A stretch of 64,000 bases of DNA from the human T2T-CHM13v2.0 reference genome, Homo sapiens: the NCBI RefSeq assembly GCF_009914755.1, contig NC_060929.1. The stretch is one strand, 5' to 3'. Shown piece after piece: positions 1 to 10,626 of this stretch; the stretch's first letter is position 1, and each line of letters begins with the position of its first letter. The position numbers were made by a program, and so were the translations under genes. The notes below the pieces were generated by a model, which made no database searches, was not told the origin of the DNA, and worked only from the letters and a program-made list of their open reading frames with translations.

Positions 1-1245
1 CAATATCCTGAAGAGTGTTTTCCAACTTGGTTCCATTCTCCCTGTCACTTTCATGTATACCAATCAAATGTAGGTGTGGTCTTTTCACATAGTCCCATAT
101 TTCTTGCAGGCTTTGTTCATTCCTTTTCATTCTTTTTTCTCTAATCTTGCCTTCATGCTTCATTTCATTAAGTTGATCTTCAATCTCTGATATCCTTTCT
201 TCAGCTTGGTTGATTCAGCTATTGATACTTGTGTATGCTTCACGAAGTTCTTGTGCTGTTTTTCAGCTCCGTCAGGTCATTTATGTTCTTCTCTAAACTG
301 GTTATTCTACTTAGCAATTCATCTAACTTTTTTCAAGATTCTTATCTTCCTTGCATTGGGTTAGAACATGCTCCTTTAGCTTGGAGGAATTTGTTATTAC
401 CCACCTTGTGAAGCCTACTTCTGTCAATTTGTTAAACTTATTCTCCGTCCAGTTTCGTTCCCTTGCTGGAGAGGAGTTGTGATCCTTTGGAGGAGAAGAG
501 GCATTCTGGTTTTTGGAATTTTCAGCCTTTTTGTACTGATTTTTCCTTATCTTTGTGGATTTATCTACCTTTGGTCTTTGATTTATCTACCTTTGGATGG
601 GGTTTCTGAGTGGACATCCTTTTTGATGTTGATGCTATTCCTTCCTGTTTGTTAGTTTTCCTTTTACGGTCAGGCCCCTCTGCTTCAGGTCTGCTGGAGT
701 TTGCTGGAGGTTCACTCCAGACCCTGTTTGCCTGGGTATTACCAGTGTTGGCTGCAGAACAGCAAAAATTGCTGCATATTCCTTCCTCTGTAAGCTTTGT
801 CCCAGAGGGGCACCCACCAGGTACCAGCTGGAGCAATCCTGTATGAGGTGTCTGTCAACCCCTGCTGGGAGGTGTCTCCCAGTCAGAAGGCACGGGGTTC
901 AGGGACCCACTTGAGGAGGCAGTCTGTCCCTCAGCAGAGCTCAAACGCCATGTGGGGCTGCTCTCTTCAAAGCCAGCAGGCAGGGATGTTTAAGTCTTCT
1001 GAAGCTGCTCCACAGCCTCCCCTTTCCTCAGGTGCTCTGTCCCAGGGAGATGGGGGTTTTATCTATAAGCCCCTGACTGGGGCTGCTGACTTTTTTTAAG
1101 AGATATGCTGCCCAGAGAAGAGGAATCTAAAGAGGCAGTCTGGCTATAGCTGCTTTGCTGAGCTGTGGTGGGCTCTGCCCAGTTCAAACTTCCTAGCAGC
1201 TTTGTTTATACTATGAGGGGAAAACCACCTACTCAAGCCTCAGTA

Positions 1246-1521
1246 ATGGCAAACGCCCTTCCCCCCACCAAGCTCAAGCATGCTAGGTCAACTTCAGACT
1301 GCTGTTCTGGCAGCGAGAATTTCAAGCCAGTGGATCTTGGCTTGCTGGGCTCTGTGGGGGTGCAATCCGCTGAGCTAGACCACTTGGGCCCTGGCGTCAG
1401 CCCCCTTTCCAGGGGAGTGAACGTTTCTGTCTCACTGGTGTTCCAGGTGCCACTTGGGTCTGAAAGAAGAACTTCAGCTGGCTTGGTGTCTGCCCAAACG
1501 GCTGCCCAGTTTTGTACTTGA
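1246..1521 (+). other. L1 antisense ORF0-like reading frame (91 codons), open
   Basis: ATG at 1246 gives MANALPPTKLKHARSTSDCCSGSE, which resembles the L1HS ORF0 N-terminus MAGAPPPASLPPCSLISDCCASN. It lies antisense inside the L1 5' UTR. Confidence 0.6.
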
Positions 1522-1857
1522 AACCCAGTGCCCTGGTGGCATAGTCAGCTGAAGGAATCTCCTGGCCTGTGGGTTGTGAAGACTATGGGAAAAGCATAGT
1601 ATCTGGGCTGGAGTACACTGTTCCTCACGGCACAGTCCCTGACAGCTTCCCTTGGGTAAGGGAGGGAGTTCCTTGACCCCTTGTGTTTCCCAGGTGAGGC
1701 GATGCCCCACCCTTCTTCCGCTTGCCCTCCATGGGCTGCACACAGTGTATAACCAGTCTCAATGTGATGAGCTGGGTACCTCAGTTGGAAATGCAGAAAT
1801 CACGCACCTTCTGCATTGATCTCGCTGGGAGCTGCAGACCGGAACTGTTCCTATTCA

Positions 1858-1866
1858 GCCATCTTG
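1858..1866 (-). promoter_or_regulatory. YY1 site of the L1 internal promoter
   Basis: CAAGATGGC on the minus strand about 15 nt from the L1 5' end, the canonical position. Confidence 0.75.
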
Positions 1867-1881
1867 CCAGCCACTCCCCCC

Positions 1882-2103
1882 AGTTTTCATAAACTATTCT
1901 TGTAGGCCCAATTATCATCCCTGTCCATCTTGTAAGTGTTATATCTTCCTCATCTTCTAGATCCCAGCTAACTGTGCCATCTGCTACTTCTTTCTGGCCT
2001 TTGAGTTCTTCCAACAGTTGGAAATTGCAAGGGACTTTTACTCCTGAGCCCCTGGTGGCTGCCATCTTGGGTCGCTGTTGCTTGAAGGCTGGCCCCTTCT
2101 TTC
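1882..2103 (-). pseudogene. UBE2V1: Processed UBE2V1 (UEV1A) pseudogene, 5' UTR plus first ~61 codons, interrupted by the L1
   Basis: ATG at 2065 gives [61 protein letters not shown] versus UBE2V1 [62 protein letters not shown]. The N-terminus matches UBE2V1, not UBE2V2 (MAVSTG). It is intronless and keeps the 5' UTR AGAAGGGGCCAGCCTTCAAGCAA. Confidence 0.93.
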
Positions 2104-2424
2104 TGGGTTTTAAATTTTTAAGAAAATGTTTTTAGAAGGTAAAGCAGTAATAGGAACAAAAAGACTGCATTTTGATTGTTACCTGTTGTGTTTGTTTGAT
2201 AGGTAGGCTTGATTACATATATTTACATTTTTATGCATAATTAATCTCATTTTAAAATTAAAGTTTAAATATAATCACATAAGTTTCTAGCCCTTGGCAA
2301 TGAAGTTTTAAAAAATGAGACGTGAGAGTTGCATTTTCATTAGAATCACCAGGCTTTCTCTTACCAAAGTTCTGGTTGGGCACAGTTTCTCTTACAGCCC
2401 ATGAACCATTTCTAGTCCACATAA

Positions 2425-3150
2425 TTAATTCATTAATTCACACAAATTTATTGAGAGTCTATTTTATGAAAAACGCTATTAGTTACTTTTATCATAAACC
2501 AACATTTGAATGTAATATGGATTTCAAGAAGCAGAATGTGGTAAATTTTGAAAATGGTTTGGTAATTTAGAAGAAGGAAAGACTAATACAGATAGAGCTT
2601 CAGAAAGGTGAGCATTGAGTTTGGCTGTGAAAGATGGATAGGTTCTCCAAAGGCTTAAATAGGCTGAGATGTATGACTTTACAGGTTAAATTAACCAGCA
2701 AATTATATAAATGAAGCCACTTGCACAAAATTGGAGGATAAAAATAGGTATGCATATGTTTGGGAAATGATACATTTGGCCTGATTAGAGTTCAGAGATT
2801 TAATGACAGTATGGCTGGAAGTCAAGTGTGAATGAATTTGCAACAGATTTCCATTTATTGTAAAGGCACTGAGGAACATAGAAGTTGGTTTGAACACAGT
2901 ATTAACATGTTCAATACAAGGCATTCTAGAACTTTAATTAAAACTCAGTGGTCAAACGTATTAAAAAGGAAAGACAAAAAGAGAAGTTCTAATAAAATGA
3001 AAAAAAGGAAAATATCATGAATGGAGTTGAGGAGTTATTACAATATTTCCATTGAGAAGTATGAAATGTAGGTGCTTTAAGAGTTGATGGAAAAGATAGG
3101 TAGAAGCAAAACAAGAATCATACTACCTTTGCAGTTGGTGGATGGGATAA
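2425..3150 (-). mobile_element. Degenerate L2 LINE fragment
   Basis: TTCATTAATTCACACAAATTTATTGAGAG is an L2 3'-tail signature, followed by AAGGTGAGCATTGAGTTTGGCTGTGAAAGATGGATAGG. Boundaries approximate. Confidence 0.5.
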
Positions 3151-6100
3151 TTATTGGAATCAGATGTTACTTAGTGAGAACTAGCCCATTTTAAAACAGT
3201 GCTTTGCTTTTTGGGTGGAATAGTTCTACTTAGCTTGATGGTTAAAATATATATAATGCTACAATATCATTATAAAAATTAATTCTAAGAGTAACAAACT
3301 GAAATTTTCTGTTATATCACATGAAAATTTTCTATTTTTTACAAAATTTTATTTGAACTAACTTTGTGATCTAGAAGGCGGGAAAAATACTCATTAAATT
3401 ATTTTATTTAATTTAGAAGCATGGATAAAATGGAATTGGTGATCTGGTCTATTTTCTTGAATGAAAATTAATATTAAAGGTAATTACTGGAGAGGGGCAG
3501 AGCAAGATGGCCAAATAGAAGGCTTCACTGGTTATCTGTCCTACAGGAACACCAAATTTAACAACTATCTACATACAGAAAACAGCTTCATAAGAACCAA
3601 ATATCAGGTGAGCACACACAGTACCTGGTTGTAACTTCATATCGCTGAAAGGGGCACTGAATAGGGTAGGAAACAGTGCTGAATTGCCAACACCATCCCT
3701 CCCCCATCCATTGGCAGCAGGTGTGTGGTGCTGAGAGAAAATCTGTGCCTTTGGGAGAGGGAGAGGACAGCAGTTTTGAGACATTACATTGAACTCAGTG
3801 CTGCCCTGTCACAGTGGAAAGCAAAACTGGGCTGAACTCAGCTGATGCCTGCTACAGAGGGAACATACAAAGTGGCCTTAGCAGAAGGTGAATCACCCAT
3901 CCCAGTGGTTGGAACTTGAGTTCTAGCAAACTTGCCATTGTGGACTAAAGTACTTGGGGCCCTAAATAAACTTGAAAGACATTCTAGGCCACAAAGACTG
4001 CAACTCCTAGGTGAGTCATACTGGTGAGCTGGGCTTAGAACCAGTGAACTTGGAAGGTACGTGACCTACTGAGACAATAGCCTTGGTGGCTAAGGGAGTG
4101 CTTGCACCACTCTTCCTTCAACCCCAGGCTGCAAAACTTATGGCTCCAAAAGAGATTTCTTCCTTCTGCTTGAAGAGAGGAGTGGGAAGAGTAAAGAGGA
4201 CTTTGTCTTTCATTTTGGATACCAGCTCAGCCACTGTAGGATAGGGCACCAGACAGAAATGTGAGATCTCCATTCCAGATACTGGTTCCCAGACAATATT
4301 TCTAGACATACACTGGGCCAGAAAGAAACTTGCTGCCTTGAAGGGAAGGGCCTAATCCTGGTGGGACCCAACACCTGCTGACTAAAGATCCGTTGGGCTT
4401 GAATAACTAGCAGTAATACTTATGGGCCTTGGGTGAAACTCTGAGCCTTTCTGGCTTTAGATGAGACCCAGCACTTTCCCAACTGTGATGGTTGTGGTAA
4501 GAGACTCCGTCTGCTTGAGAAAAGCAGAGGGAAAAGTAAAATGGATTTTGTCTTGCATCTTAGGTACCAGCTTGGCCACAGGGGTGTAGAGCACTAAGTG
4601 GAATCTTGGGGTCCCCAGTTCAAGGCCTTTGCTTTTGGATGGCATTTCTGGATGTGCTCTGGACTAGAAGGGAGTCCACTTCCCTGAAGCATGATTTTTA
4701 GGCCTGGCAGCATTCACCACAAGCTAAATTAAGAAACCTTGGGTCTTAAATGAACGTTAACAGTAGTCTGTCAGTACTCACCATGAGCCTGTGATGGTGG
4801 TGGTCACAGGGTGAAACTCCTCTGCCTGTGGAAAGGGAAGGAAATAGTGGAAGTGGCTACATCTCATGGTTTGAGTGCCAGCTCAGCTGCAGTAGAATAG
4901 GATACCAGGTAGATGTCTAAGGTTTTTTATTCTAGCCCCTGGCCCCAAGATGGCATCTCTTGATCCACCCAGGGCCCAGGGGAACTCACTGCCCTGAAGA
5001 GAAGGACATAAGCCTGGCTAACTTCACCACCTGTTGATTATAGAGCAATGGGGCCTTTAGCACACATAGGTGGTAGCCAGGTAGTGGTAACAGTGGGCCT
5101 TGGGAAAGACCCTGTACTGTGCTGGCTTCAGGTCTGACCCAGTGCAGTCTCAGTGATGGTGGCCACAGGAGTGCTTGTGTCACCCCATCCACAGCTCTGG
5201 TTGCCTCAGCACTGAGAGAGGGACTCTATTTGTTAGGGAGAAAGCAAGAGGAGAGGACAAGAGTCTCTGCCTGGTAATCCAGGGAATTCTTCCAGGTCTT
5301 ACTCATTACCACCAAGATGGTACCTCTACAGGTCTGCAAGAAGCATGGCATTAGTGGGCTTCAAATGTCCCCTCATGCAGATATGACTTAGATCACAACA
5401 TGCATGTCCTTTAAAATACCTGGAAATGCTTCCCAAGAAGGATGGGTAAAAAGAAGCCCAGACTGCAAAGACTACAATAAATACCTAACTCTTCAATACA
5501 TAGACACTGACAAACATCCACAAGCATCAAGACCATTCATAAAAACATCATCTCACTGAACAAACTCAATAAGGCACCAGAGACATTCTGGAGAAACAGA
5601 GATATGTGATATTTCAGATAGAGAATTCAAAATAGCTGTTATGAGGAAACTCAAAGAAATCCAAGATAACACAGAGAAGGAATTCAGAATTCCATTAGAT
5701 AAATTTAACAAAGAGATTGAAACAATGAAAAAGAATCAATCAGAAATTCTGGAGTTGAAACACGCAGTTGACATACTGAAGAGTGCATCTGAGTCTTTTA
5801 ATAGCAGAATCAATCCAACAGAAAAAAGAATTAGTGAGCCTGAAGACAGCCTATTTGAAAACACACAGAGGAGACAAAAAAGAAAAGAATAAAAAACCAT
5901 GAAACATGCCTATGGGATCTAGAAAATAGCTTCAAAAGGGCAAATGTAAGAATTATTGGCCTCAAAGAGGAAATAGAGAAAGAGATAGAAGTAGAAAATT
6001 TAATTCAAAGGTATACTAACAGAGAACTTCCCAAACCTATAGAAAGATAGCAATATCCAAATACAAGAAAGGTATAGAACACCAAGCAGATTTAACCCAA

Positions 6101-7332
6101 AGAAGAGTTCTTGAAGACATTCAATATTCAAACTCCCAAAGATCAATGATAAAGAAAGGATCCTAGAGGCAGCAAGAGAACAAAATAAAATAACATACAG
6201 TGGAGCTCCAGTATGTCTGACAGCAAGCTTTTCAGTGTATATCTTACAGGCTGGGAGAGAGTGGCATGACATATTTAAAGTTCTAAAGAAACAACTTTTA
6301 CCCTAGAAGAGTATATCTGGTGAAAATATACTTCAAACATGAAGGAGAAATAAAGACTTTCCCAGACAAACAAAAGCTGAGGTATTCCAACACAAGACCT
6401 GTCCTACAAGAAATGCTAAAGGGATTTTTTCAATCAGAAAAAAAGGTCATTAATGAGTAATGAGTAATCACCTGAAGGTGCAAAACTCACTGGTAATAGT
6501 ACACAGAAGAACAGAGAATATTATAACACTGTAACTATGGTGTGTAAACTTCTCTTACGTAGAAAACTAAAATATGAATCAATCAAAAAAAATAACTACA
6601 GCAACTTTTGAAGAAATAAATAGTACAATAAAAGATGCAAATAGAAACAACACAAAGTTTAAAAGTTGGGGGGTGGATAAAGTTAACATGTAGAGTTTTT
6701 GTTGTTGTTTTTTTTTGCTTGCTTGTTTGTATATGCAAAGAGTATTAAGTTGTTATCAGCTGTACAATCATGGGATATAAGAAAGTACTTGCAATCCTCA
6801 TAGTGTCTTGTATTAGTTCGTTTTCACACTGCTGATAAGACATACCTGAGACTGGGCAATTTACAAAAGAAAGAGGTTTAATTGGACTTACAGTTCCACT
6901 TCTCTGGGGAGGCCTCACAATCATGGTGCAAAGTGAAAGGCACATGTCACATGGCAGCAGACAAGAGAATAAAGCTTGTGCAGTGAAACTCCACTTTTAA
7001 AAATCATCAGATCTTGTGACACTTATTCACTATCATGTGAACAGCACAGAAAAGACCTGCCCCCATGATTCAGTTACCTCCCACTGGGTCCCTCCCACAG
7101 CACATGGGAATTCAAGATGAGATTTGGGTGGGGACACAGAGGCAAACCACATCATTTCACCGCTGACCCCTCTGAAATCTCATGTCTTCACCTTTCAAAA
7201 CCAATCATGCCTTCCCAACAGTTCTCCAAAGTCTTAACTCATTTCAGCATTAACTCAAAAGTCCATAGTCCAAAGTTTCATTCCAGACAAGGCAAGTCCC
7301 TTTTTCTATGAGTCTGTAAAATCAAAAGCAAG

Positions 7333-8685
7333 TTAGTTACTTCCTAGATACCATGGGGGTACATGCATTGGGTAAATACAGCCATTTCGAATGGAAAAAA
7401 TTGGCCTAAACAAAGGGGCTACAGGCCCCAAGCAAGTCTGAAATCCAGAGGGGCAGTCAAATCTTAAAGCTCCAAAATGATCTCCTTTGACTCTAGGTCT
7501 CACATCCAGGTCACCCTGATGCAAGAGGTAGCCTTCCATGGCCTTGGGAAGCTCTTCCCCTGTGGCTTTGCAGGTTATAGCCCCACTCCTGGCTGCTTTC
7601 ATAGGCTGGCATTGAGTGTCTGTGGCTTTTCCAGGTGCATAGTGCAAGCTATTGGTGGATCTACCATTCCGGAATCTGGAGGACAGTGGCCCTCTTCTCA
7701 CAGCTCCACTAGGCAATGCCCCACTATGGACTCTGTGTGGGGGCTCTGGCCCCACATTTCCCTTCTACACTGCCCTAGCAGAAGTTCTCCATGAGGCCTC
7801 TGCCCCTGCAGCAAACTTCTGCCTGGGCATTCAGGCTTTTTCATACATGCTATGAAATCTAGGTGGAGATTCCCAAACCTCAGTTCTTGACTTCTGTGCA
7901 CCCAAAGGCTCAACACCACATGGAAACTTCCAACACTTGGGGCTTCCACCCTCTGAAGCAACAGCCCAAACTATACCTTGGCCCCTTTTAGTCATGGCTG
8001 GAGTGGCTGGGATGCAGGGCACCAAGTCCTTAGATTGCACACATAAGAGGGACCCTGGCCCTGGCCCACAAAACCATTTTTTCCTCCTAAACCTTTGGGC
8101 CTGTGATGGGAGGGGCTGCCACAAAGGTCTCTGACATGCCCTGGAGACATTTTCTTCATTGCCTTGATGATTAATATTTGACTCCTCATTACTTATGCAT
8201 ATTTTTGCAGCCAGCTTGAATTTCTCCTCAGAAAATGGAATTTTCTTTTCTATCAAATTGTCAGGTGGCAAATTTTCCAAATTTTTATGCTGTGTTTCCC
8301 TTTTAAAACCAAATGCCTTTAACAGCACCCAAGTCACCTCTTGAATGCTTTGCTGCTTAGAAATTTCTCTCACCAGATACCCTAAATTATCTCTCTCAAG
8401 TGCAAAGTCCCACAGATCTCTAGGGTAGGAGTGAAATGCCACTGGTCTCTTTGCTAAAACATAACAAGAGTAACCTTTGCTCCAGTTCACAACAAGTTCC
8501 TCATCTCCATCTGAGACCACCTCAGCATGGATTTCATTGTCCACATCATTATCAGCATTTTGGTCAAAGCTATTCCACAAGTCTCTAGGAAGTTTCAAAC
8601 TTTCCCACACTTTTCTGTCTTCTTTTGAGCCCTCCAAACTTTTCCATTCTCTGCCTGTTACCCAGTTCCAAAGTTGCTTCCACAT
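7333..8685 (-). pseudogene. THE1 internal ORF (1353 nt), frameshift-free, two premature stops
   Basis: ATG at 8685 (MWKQLWNWVTG..). The track ORFs 7831-8724 and 7333-7755 are in the same frame. The only stops are TGA 7831-7833 and TAG 7765-7767. It ends ..PPWYLGSN*. Confidence 0.85.
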
Positions 8686-8987
8686 TTTCAGGTATCTTTG
8701 GCAGCGCCCAGCTCCTGGTACCAATTTACTGTATTAGTCTGTTTTCACACTGCTGATAAATATGTACCCAAGACTGGGCAATTTACAAAAGAAAGAAGTT
8801 TAATTGGACTTAGAATTCCACGTGGCTGGAGAGCTCTCACAATCATGGTGGAAGGTGAAAGGTATATCTCACATGGTAGCAGACAAGAGAAGAGAGCTTG
8901 TTCAGGGAAACTCCCCTTTTTAAAACCATCGGATCTCATGAGACTTATTTGCTATCATGAGAACAGCATGGAAAATACCTGCCCCCA

Positions 8988-8998
8988 TGATTCAATTA
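8988..8998 (-). promoter_or_regulatory. DUX4 binding motif in THE1A 5' LTR
   Basis: TAATTGAATCA on the minus strand matches TAAYBBAATCA. The 3' LTR has TAACTGAATCA at 7066-7076. Confidence 0.7.
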
Positions 8999-10341
8999 CC
9001 TCCCATAGGTCCCTCCCACAACATGTGGGAATTCAAGATGAGATTTTGGTGAGGACACAGCTAAACCATATCATACGTGAAATTAAAAAAAAATACAATG
9101 GGTACACAAGAATAAAAAGGAAGAAAGTAAATTATATCAAAAGAGAAAATAACCTTCACTAAAAGGAAGACAGGAAGGAAGGAAAGAAGGAAGAGAAGAC
9201 CACTAAACAACCAGGAGACTAATATCAAACTGGCAGGAGTGAGTTCTTACTTATCAATAATAACATTGAATGTGTATGGTGTAAAATCTCCAATCAAAAG
9301 ACATAGAGTGGCTGAATGAATGAAAAACAGGACCAATTGTTCTGTTGCCTAGAAGAAACACACTTCACCTATAAAGATACATATAAACTAAAAATAAAAG
9401 GATGGAAAAAGATATTGCATTCCACAGGAAAACAAAAAAGCAGTAGTAGCTATACTTATATCAGAAAAATTAGATTTTAAGGCAAAACCTATACGAAGAG
9501 ACAAAGAAGATTATTATATGCTGATAAAGAGGTCACTTTAGCAAGAGGATATGACAGTTGTAGATATACATGCACCCAACACTGGAGCACACAGATGTGT
9601 ACAGCAAATATTATCAGAGCAAAGGAAACATAACCCCGGTACAGTAATAGTTCGAGACTTCAACACCCCACTTTCAGCATTGGATAGAACTTCTAGAGAG
9701 AAAATCCATAAAGACATATCAGACTTAGTATGCACTATAGTCCAAATAGACCTAATAGATATTTATAGAACATTTCAACCATTGGCTGCAGAAAACACAT
9801 TCATCTCCTCAGCACATGGATCATTGTCAAGGATGGGCCATATGTCAGGCCACAAAACAAGTCTCTAAAAATTTAAAAAGCTTGGAATTATATTAAGCAT
9901 CTTCTCTGATCACAATGGAATAAAACTACAAATTAATAATAAGAGAAATTTTGGAAACATACAAACATATCAAAATTAAAAACAATATGCTCCTGAATGA
10001 CTAGTGGGTCAATAAAGAAATTAAGAAAGAAATGGAAAAATGTCTTGAAACAAATGATAATGGAAACAAAACACACCAAAACCTATGGGATACAGTAAAA
10101 CAGTAGTAAGAGGAAAATTTATGGCCATAAGTGCCTACATCAAAAAAAAAAAAAAAAAAAAAAGAGGGAGAAAAACTTAACATAGGCAACCTAATTGATG
10201 CATATTAAAGAATTACAAAAGCAAGAGCAAACCAAGCCCCCAAATTAGTAGAATAAAAGAAATATTATAGATCAGAGTAGAAATAAATGAAATTAAAATG
10301 AAGAAAACAAGACAAAAGATCAATGAAACAAAAAGTTCATT

Positions 10342-10626
10342 CGAGCAAAATAACCTGCTAACATCATAAGGATCATTTGACAGGATCAAATTCACACATA
10401 ACAACATTAACCTTAAATATAAATGGGCTAAATGCTCCAATTTACAAAAGATACAGACTAGCAAATTGGATAAAGAGTCAAGACCCATCAGTGTGCTGTA
10501 TTCAGGAGACCCATCTCATGTACAGAGACACACACAGGCTCAAAATAAAGGGATGGAGGAAGATCTACCAAGCAAATGGAAAATAAAAAAAAAGCAGGGG
10601 TTGCAATCCCAGTCTCTGATAAAACA
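10342..10626 (+). mobile_element. Orphan internal fragment of a young L1PA (inter-ORF plus ORF2 start)
   Basis: GAGCAAAATAACC..CATCATAA..TGACAGGATCAAATTCACAC translates to TGSNSHITTLTLNINGLNAPI..VCCIQETHL. No poly-A and no TSD. Confidence 0.85.

Larger units (their letters stand above)
1..1881 (-). mobile_element. LINE-1 (L1PA7/L1PA8-like) 5' UTR plus start of ORF1; continues off the left edge
   Basis: Minus strand begins GGGGAGTGGCTGGCAAGATGGCTGAATAGGAACAG..CTGCAGCTCCCAGCGAGATCAA, the L1PA7/8-type 5' end. The ORF1 start codon is mutated to ATA (548-550) and ORF1-like sequence runs to position 1. Confidence 0.93.
6809..9073 (-). mobile_element. Complete THE1A MaLR provirus (3' LTR 6809-7154, internal 7155-8729, 5' LTR 8730-9073)
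   Basis: Two ~345-bp LTRs read TGTATTAG...ATCA on the plus strand, with the THE1A-type GAAGGTGAAAGG(C/T)A..CACATGG..GCAGACAAGAGAA segment and a full-length internal region. Confidence 0.93.
3489..10337 (+). mobile_element. L1MA/L1M1-type LINE-1: 5' UTR, ORF1, inter-ORF and ORF2 endonuclease; 3'-truncated; hosts THE1A
   Basis: Starts GGGGCAGAGCAAGATGGCC (YY1 site). ~330-bp degenerate repeats in the 5' UTR (about 4167, 4511, 4822). ORF1 peptide RKLKEIQDNTEKEFR at 5641. Endonuclease peptide HAPNTGA..DFNTPLSALDR at 9551-9868. ORF2 ATG mutated near 9230. Confidence 0.9.

Noticed and set aside
558-596. 17-bp direct repeat GATTTATCTACCTTTGG
   Set aside because: Small local duplication near the dead ORF1 start; no sign of function.
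8674-9162. 162-aa plus-strand ORF across the THE1A LTR
   Set aside because: Antisense frame through LTR and L1 sequence with a non-ATG start and no recognisable domain.
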